From assembly GCA_002269645.1 (NCBI GenBank), contig NIVC01003706.1, forward strand, positions 1 through 47,045: DNA of 47,045 bases, given 5' to 3'. Under the pieces are notes generated by a model. That model did no database searches. It was not told where the DNA came from and worked only from the letters and a program-made list of their open reading frames with translations. A program made the position numbers and the translations under genes. Origin of the DNA: Macrostomum lignano. Lineage: Eukaryota. Of this stretch, positions 1 through 30,388 are shown piece after piece. Within the stretch, counting starts at the first letter, position 1, and every line of letters starts with the position of its first letter.

Positions 1-169
1 TCCAATTGATAGCAAGTATCTATCCTTAAATAGCAAGCATCCACCAGACAAAAAGTATATAGTGCAACATTTCCTTAGCTTTCTAGGGCTGCTTTATGAT
101 TGGCATTGACGTTCTTATTACGTTTGAAAATGTCTCTCCTGTGTTTGAAATGGTGGCTATTTTATTTGA

Positions 170-1075
170 ATTCGTGGCTTTTAATGTTTGGCATTGTGAC
201 TCTTTAATGTTCTACATGGTGGCTCTTTAATGTTTGACATCGTGGCTCGTTAATGTTCGACATGGTGGCTCTTTAACGTTCGACATGGTGGCTCTTTAAT
301 GTTCGACATGGTGGCTCTTTACTGTTTAACATGGTGGCTCTTTAACGTTCGACATGGTGGCGCTTTAATGTTCGACATGGTGGCTCTTTACTGTTTGACA
401 TGGTGGCTCTCTAATGTTTGACATAGTGGCTCTTAATTTTTACTTGGTGGCTCTTTAATGTTTGACATGGTGGCTCTTTAATGTTTGACATGGTGGCTCT
501 TTATTGTTCGAAATTGTGGCTCTTTAATGTTCTACATGGTGGCTCTTTAATGCTCTACATTGTGGCTCTTTAATGCTCTACATTGTGGCTCTTTAATGTT
601 CTACATATTGTGGCTCTTTAATCTTCGACATGGTGGCTCTTTAATGTTTGACGTTGTGGCTCTTTAATGTTCGACATGGTGGCTCTTTAATGTTCTACAT
701 TGTGGCTCTTTACTGTTTGACATGGTGGCTCTCTAATGTTTGACATAGTGGCTCTTAATTTTTTACTTGGTGGCTCTTTAATGTTTGACATGGTTGCTCC
801 TTACTATATGACATGCTGGCTCTTTAATGTTTGACATGGAGTCACGTATGTGTTTGACATGGAGTCACGTATATATTTGGCATGGAGTCACGTAAATGCT
901 TTACATGGTGGCTCTTTTATGTTTGACATGGAGTCACGTATATGTTTGACATGTAGTCACATATATGTTTGACATGGTGGCTCTTTTATGCTTGACATGG
1001 TGGCTCTTTAATGTTCGACATGGTGGCTCTTTAATGTTCAACATGGTGGCTCTTCTATGTTTGACATTGCGCTTC
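170..1075. repeat. Minisatellite, 23-bp unit (CATGGTGGCTCTTTAATGTTYGA), about 39 degenerate copies
   Basis: Direct period count, e.g. catggtggctctttaacgttcga|catgg near 261-288. A variant unit containing GGAGTCACGTA appears at about 835-960. Confidence 0.95.
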
Positions 1076-1136
1076 TTTTATGTTTCGCAGTTTTGTGTTT
1101 TAATGTGCTTTAATAAAAAAATATTTTTGCACTACT

Positions 1137-1195
1137 AAGATTCGAACCCAGGTCACTACATTAGCATCCCAGTCTGTTCGCATCTGGGCTATCTC
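1137..1195 (-). mobile_element. tRNA-like / SINE head fragment
   Basis: The reverse complement reads tagcccagatg...gacctgggttcgaatc, with A-box-like and B-box-like (GGTTCGAATC) motifs. No complete cloverleaf is evident. Confidence 0.35.
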
Positions 1196-1744
1196 TTTTC
1201 ATTTGGAGAACATGAATTGTGGCCTTATAATTCAATTCTTACAGCAAGTCAATTGGAGTAGAAAGTTATGACATAATCAATTTCTCAGTCAGCCAGAATC
1301 AGTCTCAATTCAAGTTAGCAATATGGTTACGCAATTTCAATCAAGTCTTGTGTGCGTTTTTGTGGCACTGTTTTCACCTTGTTGTGATGCAATATTTATC
1401 AGAATTGAAATTCAGCCAGTCAGTTTTTTCTCTAGCATTCTTACAATGCATTCCAGGTCGAAAAAGCTGCTTGACCTTTGCAAAAAAGCATGTTTTTCGA
1501 ATATTTAATCCCTTTAAAATTGAGCAATTTCTTAGCCAGGATGCATGTACCGTCCCAGGAAAATTTCTGATCGAATGGTGCAAGTTTGAAGAAAATCGGT
1601 TGAGCCATTTTTTCTGAAATCTATCGCATAGCTAGTTACAGACATTTCATTTTTAGTATATAGGATTACTTATTAAGTAAGCACCGGTACTATCAACTGA
1701 GCTACCCCAGCACTGCACGCTTCTCTACCCGCTGCTCCCTGCAG

Positions 1745-1875
1745 ACCGGTCCGGCGCGGTGCTATGGAGCCAGGGCTACGGCTACACCAGCTCGGCGGAT
1801 TTCAGCCCAGTATCGCCGTATCGCCGCAGTCCGAACACTAGCGGCTTCGGGTCGCGCAGTCGGCTGGCTGATTAA
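1745..1875 (+). CDS. Possible terminal coding exon of a gene lying upstream of the window (RSGAVLWSQGYGYTSSADFSPVSPYRRSPNTSGFGSRSRLAD*)
   Basis: GC-rich island in AT-rich flanks, preceded by the acceptor ctccctgcag, open to TAA at 1873-1875. No recognisable homology. Confidence 0.3.
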
Positions 1876-2554
1876 CTGTTTATCCAGCTGCTGGATGAAG
1901 CACACTTTAATTAAGGAAGCATTTTTACAATCGCATTCAAAGACTGGATCTGATGACTAATGCCAGTTGTGCTTGGCTTGCTCAGTAATTTTATGCTCTT
2001 ACTTTGCCAAATAGTTTAATAACATGCATCTTAATATCGCCTTGTTCATGCTGTAAAACCTGCACTGACTACTGCTTAGTAGTTGGTGCGCATTTTGCCA
2101 ATAATCTATGCACTATAGCGATAGCCAGTGTTCTTGGTGCCTAAGTTTATATTTTAATTCCATTGCTGTCAATGAATAGTAATAAATCACAAATAAATAT
2201 GCGCCTATTTTTGTGCACTCGTAATACTACTCATAGTTATTTAATACAAGTAGTATTTTTTGTTTATTTAAATATTCTTCTACTGTTCTGTTACTTTGTA
2301 CTTTCTGTGTGTATTTTGTTTTTGTTAGGCTTAACTAATTATTAATCGCAAAAAATTATAGGCTTTAAAATAAATTGCGTAGCTCTGTCTAATTTCCATC
2401 TGATTGGTTTGTTTAATACTTATAATTTATCAAATAAATAATAACATTGTCAAAAAAATAGGTTGACTGCATTTTGCTGCTGACTTGACGACATAAATAG
2501 TCCTATATTTGCTTCTCTTTATATTGCCTTAAGTCTAGCAGTCTCATCCGGCTC

Positions 2555-3650
2555 CAATCTCTCCTAAATCTGCTCTCACCCAGCTACAATCTCACATAGC
2601 TCCAATCTCAACCAACTTCGATCTCATCCAGCTCCGATATCACCTAACTCCGATCTCATCCAGCTACAATCTCACCTAACTCCGATCTCATCCAGCTACA
2701 ATCTCACCTAACTCCGATCTCATCCAGCTCCAATCTCACCTAACTCCGATCTCATCCAGCTCCAATATCACCTAACTCCGATCTCATCCAGCTCCAATCT
2801 CACCTAACTCCGATCTCATCCAGCTACAATCTCACCTAACTCCGATCTCATCCAGCTTCAATCTCACCTAACTCCGATCTCATCCAGCTACAATCTCACC
2901 TAACTCCGATCTCATCCAGCTCCAATATCACCTAACTCCGATCTCATCCAGCTACAATCTCACCTAACTCCGATCTCATCCAGCCCCAATCTCTCCTAAA
3001 TCTGCTCTCACCCAGCTACAATCTCACATAGCTCCAATCTCAACCAACTTCGATCTCATCCAGCTCCGATATCACCTAACTCCGATCTCATCCAGCTCCA
3101 ATCTCACCTAACTCCGATCTAATCCAGCTACAATCTCACCTAACTCCGATCTCATCCAGCTACAATCTCACCTAACTCCGATCTCATCCAGCTACAATCT
3201 CACCTAACTCCGATCTCATCCAGCTACAATCTCACCTAACTCCGATCTCATCCAGCTACAATCTCACCTAACTCCGATCTCATCCAGCTCCAATATCACC
3301 TAACTCCGATCTCATCCAGCTCCAATCTCACCTAACTCCGATCTCATCCAGCTCCAATATCACCTAACTCCGATCTCATCCAGCTACAATCTCATACAGC
3401 CCCAATCTCACTCAGCTCCAATCTCATACAGACCCCAATCTCACCCAGCCCCAATCTTATACAGCCCCAATCTCACTCAGCTCCAATCTCATACAGCCCC
3501 AATCTCACTCAGCTCCAATCTCATACAGCCCCAATCTTACCCAGCCCCAATCTCACCCAGCCCCAATCTCACCCAGCCCCAATCTCACCCAGCCCCAATC
3601 TCACCCAGCCCCAATCTCATACAGCCCTAATTTCACCCAGCTCCAATCTA
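2555..3650. repeat. Minisatellite with a 16-bp base unit, mostly arranged as a 32-bp dimer (ATCTCACCTAACTCCG + ATCTCATCCAGCTMCA) and resolving to monomers (ATCTCACCCAGCCCCA) at the right end
   Basis: Direct period count at 2701-2760 and 3540-3620. Confidence 0.95.
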
Positions 3651-4092
3651 CTCTCTAGTTCTACCCTGTCAAATCTTAGCTCTTACTTCATATTGTCTAT
3701 TATTTTATGCCCATTCTAACTAATCCTAAATTCTCTCACTTTGGCCCTCTCATTTCTTGTTTTGCCGGTCACTTTCATCTCAGTTTCTATTTTGTTATTT
3801 TGTTTTGTAGTAGCAAGCAGCTTGATTTGCTTAAACCAAAGTCAACCTCCTAATGCTTCATTCATGCCCTATTTAAGACATTTTGGCTGCTCAGATCAAT
3901 TCCAAAAGTCTCTGTTATCTGAGGCTTGCCTAATTACTCAACTCTTGGATTAGTAATGATTTCTAACGAGCTTCAGTTGCTACTTCTGGCATCCAATCGG
4001 CAATCCTGGTGCTCTATTAGAGGCCGAATGAAGCACCTGTTGCAGTTATCGCACAGGTGCTGGAGCAGCGGCGGCGGCGCCAGGCTTGACAG

Positions 4093-5132
4093 TCAGCTGG
4101 CGCAGTGGCAGAGCCGCGTCCCGCCAGCATTGAATGCGCCGCCTGTGTCATCCAATGCCAGGACTGTGTGGCACTGCGAGCGACTGGGCACTGAGTCAGT
4201 TGATAGAGTAGGTTCAGAGGCAGTGGGGCCTTTTTCTATATCAAATTCTGTAGCAGTGGAGGCGGTTGCTAGGGTAGATTCGGTGGCAGTGGAGCCGGTT
4301 GCTAGGCTAGATTCAGTGGCAGTGGAGCCGGTTGCTAGGGTAGATTCAGTGGCAGTGGAGGCGGTTGCTAGGGTAGATTCAGTAGCAGTGGTGGTGGTTG
4401 CTAGGGTAGATTCAGTAGCAGTGTAGGAGCCGGTTGCTAGGGTAGATTCAGTGGCAGTGGAGCCGGTTGCTAGGCTAGATTCAGTGGCAGTGGAGCCGGT
4501 TGCTAGGCTAGATTCAGTGGCAGTGGAGCCGGTTGCTAGGCTAGATTCAGTGGCAGTGGAGCCGGTTGCTAGGCTAGATTCAGTGGCAGTGGAGCCGGTT
4601 GCTAGGCTAGATTCAGTGGCAGTGGAGCCGGTTGCTAGGGTAGATTCAGTTGCAGTGGAGGCGGTTGCTAGGGTAGATTCAGTAGCAGTGGTGGTGGTTG
4701 CTAGGGTAGATTCAGTAGCAGTGGTGGTGGTTGCTAGGGTAGATTCAGTAGCAGTGTAGGAGCCGGTTGCTAGGCTAGATTCCGTGACAGTGGACCCGGT
4801 TGCTAGGGTAGATTCAGTAGCAGTGTAGGAGCCGGTTGCTAGGGTAGATTCCGTGACAGTGGACCCGGTTGCTAGGATAGATTCAGTAGCAGTGTAGGAG
4901 CCGGTTGCTAGGGTAGATTCAGTAGCAGTGTAGGAGCCGGTTGCTAGGGTAGATTTAGTAGCAGTGTAGGAGCCGGTTGCTAGGCTAGATTCCGTGACAG
5001 TGGACCCGGTTGCTAGGGTAGATTCAGTAGCAGTGTAGGAGCCGGTTGCTAGAGTAGATTCCGTGACAGTGGAGCCGGTTGCTAGGGTAGATTTAGTGAC
5101 AGTGAAGCCGGTTGCTATTGTAGGTGCAGTGG
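4093..5132 (-). CDS. Putative terminal exon encoding a mucin-like Ser/Thr-rich repeat (ESSLATGSTAT / ESTLATGSYTAT) followed by a Cys-containing tail (...SRSQCHTVLALDDTGGAFNAGGTRLCHCAS*)
   Basis: Minus-strand acceptor catttaag at 5140-5133. Two nt plus 346 codons (the last being the stop) are open to TGA at 4095-4093, and repeat length variants (33 vs 36 bp) keep the frame. There is no ATG, so the ORF track misses it. Confidence 0.55.
4250..5120. repeat. 33-bp (11-codon) tandem repeat with 36-bp variants, about 26 copies
   Basis: Unit agtggcagtggagccggttgctaggctagattc. Variants carry an extra in-frame triplet. Confidence 0.95.
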
Positions 5133-5284
5133 CTTAAATGTCTCAATAATTTATAACTATTTGGCATCGTTTTCCCTTCTTCCCCTCCTCATCTCTGTTT
5201 TTGTGACTACTTATTAATGATGAAATTAGTAGTAAATTATGCAAGTCTATCTATTTTTACATTTCTCTTATACCATTCACCCAG

Positions 5285-8200
5285 TGGCCTCATCAAAGCG
5301 AGTCGCAGCTTCCCCTAGTCCTAATGTCGGCAGCGAAGCCTCCGCCGGAGCCGCAGCCGTCGCAAAAGCAACAGCAGAAGAAAGAAAGGCAACGTAAGCA
5401 GCAGCAAGAGGACAAGGAAGCGATCGAGCGACTTAAAATCGAAATGAAGCGGCTGCAAGATCGCACAACAATCAGCTATAAGAACCCGTGCAAAGTGTCG
5501 GCTAATTATAAAAAAACCTGCACAATTGACGAGCTTAACGCTGTCAAATACCACTTTGAAGAGTTTGTAAGCTATTTGTAATGCTTATGATGCTTTTTAC
5601 ATTATGTATTTTACTACAAAACTATGCTACTTGAAGATATCTGCCAAGCTCAATATGCCATAGATATCTGCCCATAATGCCATATGTATCTGCTCCACAA
5701 TGCCATAGATATCTGCCCATAATGCCATAGGTATCTGCCCCACAATGCCATAGATATCTGCCCACAATGTCTTAGATATCTGGCCACAATGTCATAGATA
5801 TCTGCCCACAATGTCATAGATATCTGCCCACAATGCCATAGATATCTGCCCACAATGTCATAAATATCTGCCCCACAATGCCATAGATATCTGCCCCACA
5901 ATGCCATAGAAATCTGCTCACAATGCCATAGATATCTGGCCACAATGTCATAGATATCTGCCCACAATGCCATAGATATCTGCCCACAATGTCATAAATA
6001 TCTGCCCACCATGCCATAGATATCTGCACACTATGCCATAGATATCTGCACACTATGCCATAGATATCTGCCCACTATGCCATAGAAATATGTCCATAAT
6101 GCATAGATACCTACCCACTATTCGCTAAAAATCCTCTCATTAAACAATAAAACAAAGCAATGAAAGCAATTTGTTGACTTTAATAAAGAATATCCTGCGT
6201 TTCTGCAAGGCTATACTGTCTAGGCCTAATTTTCTTAGAAACTTTCTTAGAAATCGCATTTCTTAGAAATCAACCGCAACGCGTGTGACCTACGAGCGTA
6301 GTTAGATTTTACTAACGCCTACGATGTTCAGGTTAATTTTAAACCAGCAAATGTACTCTGTGAACGAGCTTTAGTAATTTACGCTAACATAACCAACTAA
6401 ACCCTTCTTACCCTGATCTTTCTATTTTGACAGCTGCCTCGATTCTTCGTGAGCATGATGGACTACAGCCTGTTCACGCCTGATGTTGTCTATATTAACG
6501 AAATGCAGACTCCGCACAAGACTTCAAAGTAACTTTTTATATTGAAATTTGCTGTATGTCAGTTTGAACTTGAACCACATTTCTCTTTCCTGAATCCTGA
6601 CCTTGCTTGTTTTATCCAACTAATTCCAGTCTGTCTCATCCGACACATTTGTCTCCTGACATCTCCCTGTATTCTCTGACATCTCCCTGTATTCTCTGAC
6701 ATCTCCCTGTATTCTCTGACATCTCCCTGTATTCTCTGACATCTCCCTGTATTCTCTGACATCTCCCTGTATTCTCTGACATCTCCCTGTATTCTCTGAC
6801 ATCTCCCTGTATTCTCTGACATCTCCCTGTATTCTCTGACATCTCCCTGTATTCTCTGACATCTCCCTGTATTCTCTGACATCTCCCTGTATTCTCTGAC
6901 ATCTCCCTGTATTCTCTGACATCTCCCTGTATTCTCTGACATCTCCCTGTATTCTCTGACATCTCCCTGTATTCTCTGACATCTCCCTGTATTCTCTGAC
7001 ATCTCCCTGTATTCTCTGACATCTCCCTGTATTCTCTGACATCTCCCTGTATTCTCTGACATCTCCCTGTATTCTCTGACATCTCCCTGTATTCTCTGAC
7101 ATCTCCCTGTATTCTCTGACATCTCCCTGTATTCTCTGACATCTCCCTGTATTCTCTGACATCTCCCTGTATTCTCTGACATCTCCCTGTATTCTCTGAC
7201 ATCTCCCTGTATTCTCTGACATCTCCCTGTATTCTCTGACATCTCCCTGTATTCTCTGACATCTCCCTGTATTCTCTGACATCTCCCTGTATTCTCTGAC
7301 ATCTCTGTATTCTCTGACATCTCCCTGTATTCTCTGACATCTCCCTGTATTCTCTGACATCTCCCTGTATTCTCTGACATCTCCCTGTATTCTCTGACAT
7401 CTCCCTGTATTCTCTGACATCTCCCTGTATTCTCTGACATCTCCCTGTATTCTCTGACATCTCCCTGTATTCTCTGACATCTCCCTGTATTCTCTGACAT
7501 CTCTGTATTCTCTGACATCTCCCTGTATTCTCTGACATCTCCCTGTATTCTCTGACATCTCCCTGTATTCTCTGACCCCCCTGTATTCTCTGACATCTCT
7601 TTGTATTCTCTGACATCTCCCTGTGTTCTCTGACATCTCTTTGTATTCTCTGACATCTCCCTGTATTCTCTGACATCTCCCTGTATTCTCTGACGGCTCT
7701 CTGTATTCTCTGACACATTCGTATCTTATAAAACACCTCTCTGTACCACCCGACAGCTCCATATCTCACCTGGCAACTCCCTGTCTCCCTGTATGAGCCA
7801 ATGTTAGCCTACCACGTCAAAACTGTGCATAAACATGAATTTTACATTCTCACGCTGCCCATTCCCACAGAGGCGTTTACCGGCTCTCAGTAGACCGGGT
7901 GAAGCTCAAGCTATACTATGACCTGCGCTACGCGATGAAGAAGCCGGTGATTCTGCGCATCGACACAGACAGGGAGAACTGCTGCATGGCCATCCGGCTG
8001 CGGGTTCGCTGCGTTGGCGGCTCCAAGCCCTTCACCGATCTGGCGCGGATGAACCAGCTTGGCACCGCCGCCTACATCGAGGAGAAGGGCGAGTAAGTGA
8101 GACTGACCGGCCGTCCTGGGCTGGACCGGGCTTCCAGATCACTTGGGTTGAGCCAGCGTCCCAGATCCCATAGGGCTGAGTCAGCCTCCCAGATCCCATA

Positions 8201-9088
8201 GGGCTAGTCAGCCCCCCAGATCCCATAGATGAGCCAGTCTCCCAGGTCCCATAGGGCTAGTCAGCCTCCCAGATCCCATAGGGCTGAGTCAGCCTCCCAG
8301 ATCCCATAGGGCTGAGTCAGCCTCCCAGATCCCATAGGGCTTGAGCAGCCTCCCAGATCCCATAGGGCTAGTCAGCCTCCCAGATCCCATAGATGAGCCA
8401 GTCTCCCAGATCCCATAGGGCTAGTCAGCGCGCCTCCCAGATCCCATAGGGCTGAGTCAGCCTCCCAGATCCCATAGGGCTAGTCAGCCTCCCAGATCCC
8501 ATAGGGCTGAGTCAGCCTCCCAGATCCCATAGGGCTGAGTCAGCCTCCCAGATCCCATAGGGCTGAGTCAGCCTCCCAGATCCCATAGGGCTGAGTCAGC
8601 CTCCAGATCCCATAGGGCTGAGTCAGCCTCCCAGATCCCATAGGGCTGAGTCAGACTCCCAGATCCCATAGGGCTGAGTCAGCCTTCCAGATCCCATAGG
8701 GCTGAGTCAGCCTCCCAGATCCCATAGGGTTGAGTCAGCCTCCCAGATCCCACAGGGCTGAGTCAGCCTCCCAGATCCCATCGCGTGTTCACCCATTTCA
8801 CCCAATCGCATCATTGCAGATGGCACGACTACCTGATTCACGCGCATGTCACAAGCGATGCACGAGTGTGGAAGTTGCGCGTGACAAATGTAAGCTATAA
8901 TGGCTCAGTAACTGAATAAATTCATTCATAAAAGTGTAATAATATATTAGATAATGATTCCAGTATTTCTTATTCGGTTCCAGCTAACCGAGGACCGCAG
9001 TCCGGACGCAGCCGCTGGCCGACTGTCGCTGTTGCAGCGGCTGCGGCAACTATTGCGGCGTCGGGCGCCTCTGCCCTCGGCTGTCTGA
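5285..9088 (+). CDS. C6orf136-like / DUF2358-type protein, 5 predicted exons: 5285(ATG 5324)-5566, 6434-6528, 7871-8092, 8820-8889, 8984-9088
   Basis: All introns are GT-AG and phases join into one frame: ...KYHFEEFLPRFFVSMMDYSLFTPDVVYINEMQTPHKTSKGVYRL...RLRVRC...EWHDYLIHAHVTSDARVWKLRVTNLTEDRSP...LPSAV*. The LPxFF...DYSL...DV..INE motif resembles vertebrate C6orf136 as I recall it. The true 5' end is uncertain because an in-frame acceptor lies at 5284. Confidence 0.7.
5637..6118. repeat. Minisatellite, 22-bp unit (TATCTGCCCACAATGCCATAGA), about 22 copies, in intron 1 of the DUF2358-like gene
   Basis: Direct period count. It explains ORFs 5650-5973 and 5814-6053. Confidence 0.95.
6652..7725. 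repeat. Nearly perfect minisatellite, 20-bp unit (TCTGACATCTCCCTGTATTC), about 53 copies, in intron 2
   Basis: Identical lines of sequence from 6661 to 7290. It produces three artefactual minus-strand ORFs. Confidence 0.98.
8155..8781. repeat. Minisatellite, 28-bp unit (AGTCAGCCTCCCAGATCCCATAGGGCTG), about 22 copies, in intron 3
   Basis: Direct period count at 8521-8580. Confidence 0.95.
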
Positions 9089-10012
9089 CTCTGCTGGCTT
9101 AAATAATTAATTATCTACCTATGCCCAATGTCCAGTGTCTCAAATTCATAATTGTTCTAGCTTATATAGTATTTCTGCTTAGATTTAATTAGCATAAACT
9201 TTACTGTGCGAGGGCGACTGTTTCAGGTGACAAGTGATTTCTTGGAAATTGAAAACTGGCCCAGCCTCGCCTTTATCGGCTTTCCATCTCTGGCTGGCCC
9301 TTGGCTGTAGCGGCGGCGGCCGCCACTTTTACACTTATTTTTAGTTTTTAGTCCCGACACTCTGGCAGTTGTGTGTAATAAGTAGGTCTGTATTTGCTTG
9401 TGCTCGCAGAATATTGTATTTAGTTAGGAAAATTATGAATTATTAGTATTATTGTTACTTGTATGCGTAGTTGTAGCAACTTTTGGTTTGTCATTGAATT
9501 ATTCGTGCTGTAGTTTAAGCAAGCTGTTCAGTTTTCTCTCCTTATCTCACCATCATCTGTGCAGAAGGAAATACACAAGCTTAGTGTAAGTTCTGGCTGA
9601 GAATCAAATCAGATTTGTCCGAAGAGACTTGCCTTTGAGCTGTTGATAAATTACAAAACTAAGCCTAATTAAAGTGCTAGCTTTGCTTGCTTATTTTCAT
9701 CACTAACTACACTCGTAAAAAGCCAGTTTTTAAAAAGCCAAGCAACGCTCTTTCGGCGAACTGGCTTTGAAAAAGATCTTAGAGACGAAGGTTGTCTATC
9801 TATCCAGTTGGCGCGCAAGGCATTATACTAAGTGCACAGAAATGCTATCATTTAAGCCAATCTGTCGACGAAATTGCGATGGAGGTTCGCTGCATCGCCC
9901 TCTCCCCCCAAAGGTATTTAACTGGACAGAATCAGAGGTCTTACTGTAATAATTATCAACTGAACTTCGAGTGTGTAATTAATAAAAAATGAGATTAAAT
10001 GTCGTTAATCCT

Positions 10013-19885
<9,873 letters not shown>

Positions 19886-20028
19886 GGCTTACAGGACACC
19901 AGAGATCAGCGGATGATATGGACTTCAGGCAGTTTGATGAACTTGCTGACATTCTTTTGTGTATTCAATGTCAAACTTTCTGTGCAATATTTTTACATTA
20001 AATTAATTTTGAGAGCATACTATTCTTT

Positions 20029-20340
20029 GGGAATTTTAGCCTAGTGGTTAGAGCGTCGGACTCACGACTTGAAGGTCAGGGGGTTCGATTCCCGATCCTA
20101 CTTGAAACAATTTGTGTCCTTCAGTAAGTCACTTGACTCTGCATTGCTTCAGTTCACCCAGCTGTAAAATAAGGTGCCAGCATTATTTGGGGTAATTGAT
20201 GGTGTGTTTGTGGCGATGGCGACCCCCCAGTCCTTGGACTGAACAGCCGTACGCAGCCTTCAGATGCGCCGCGCAATAGCTGCGGCTGAGCTGTCGGTTG
20301 CACATCTGACCCAATTATGGCAGGTAATTATTATTATTTT
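20029..20340 (+). mobile_element. Full-length tRNA-derived CORE-like SINE
   Basis: TAGCCTAGTGGTTAGAGC (A box), GGTTCGATTCCC (B box), CORE-like centre and (ATT)n tail. Confidence 0.85.
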
Positions 20341-21142
20341 CTGCAATTCTCGATACTTTACGTTGGATTCGAGGCTGTATTGCTCTCTCGGATGCGGTTC
20401 ATTAACTCTCTTTGGATAGTTATTGATACAGAATGTTTTTGATACAGATTGATACAGAATTTGATATTCTGAATAGATGAAAAATTCTCAATAAGCTGTT
20501 TTCGGCCATCAATTTTACTTGCTAACAATTTCTGTACAAGTCTATTCGGGCAACTGCACGGGTTTCATAGCAATTTGGAATTTAAAAGTTAGCAGCATTA
20601 GAGGCGTACATGTAATAGAAATTCTCCTGGCTGGGCCACCTTTATAAGGTCTTATATACTGAATTAACAATCTAAATTTCTTGGAAATCGAAAGCTAAAA
20701 CATACCTACTGCTAGCAAGCTTTTGCACCTGTGCTGCCAGCTCTGTGTTGTTTAATATTTAGTGTGGCATCGTATTGCACAGCATCAATGGTGCACAAGT
20801 AATAATAATTTAAACAATCATAAGCCCCAATTCAAGAATCTTTTTTAACATGCAAAAGTTAAACATTTCTACGAGCTATCAGCGGTTAAAGCTTGGCTTT
20901 AATCAACAAAGAACCAATGCTCCTAATGAAAACGCCAACGTCTAGAGTGATATGTCCAGGTCAATCCAGGCCAGGCCATGTCCAGCACAATGATGCCTAA
21001 ATGGCTTGATCTAGATAGCAGTAATTCAGCTACAAGCATTCGTAGATTTCGTTCTTAAAACAAATTCAAGCTTTTTAGCCGCGAACTGCGCGATTCCAAC
21101 AACGCCCTTGCTTCTTTGCTGCTTTGCAAGCCTGCTGCGAAA

Positions 21143-30388
<9,246 letters not shown>

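Noticed and set aside
3926-4759. Plus-strand VAVEPVARLDS repeat ORFs as a protein
   Set aside because: The frame is interrupted by TAG in the 36-bp variants. The antisense frame is continuously open and compositionally sensible.
5650-6053. Repetitive minus-strand ORFs (WHCGQIS...)
   Set aside because: Translation artefacts of the 22-bp minisatellite, whose unit is not a multiple of 3.
2555-7725. Shared ATCT(C/G)(A/C)CC core among several minisatellites
   Set aside because: Too short and degenerate to distinguish from chance without a statistical test.
6559-7769. Three ORFs of about 380 aa on the minus strand
   Set aside because: A 20-bp unit cycles through all frames without a stop, so all three frames encode the same periodic peptide. 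The array lies in an intron of a plus-strand gene.
170-8781. CRISPR-like arrays
   Set aside because: The units are directly adjacent with no unique spacers, the context is eukaryotic, and there are no cas genes. They are minisatellites.
20029-20100. Functional tRNA gene
   Set aside because: It continues into a SINE body repeated four times, acceptor-stem pairing is not evident, and there is no poly-T terminator.
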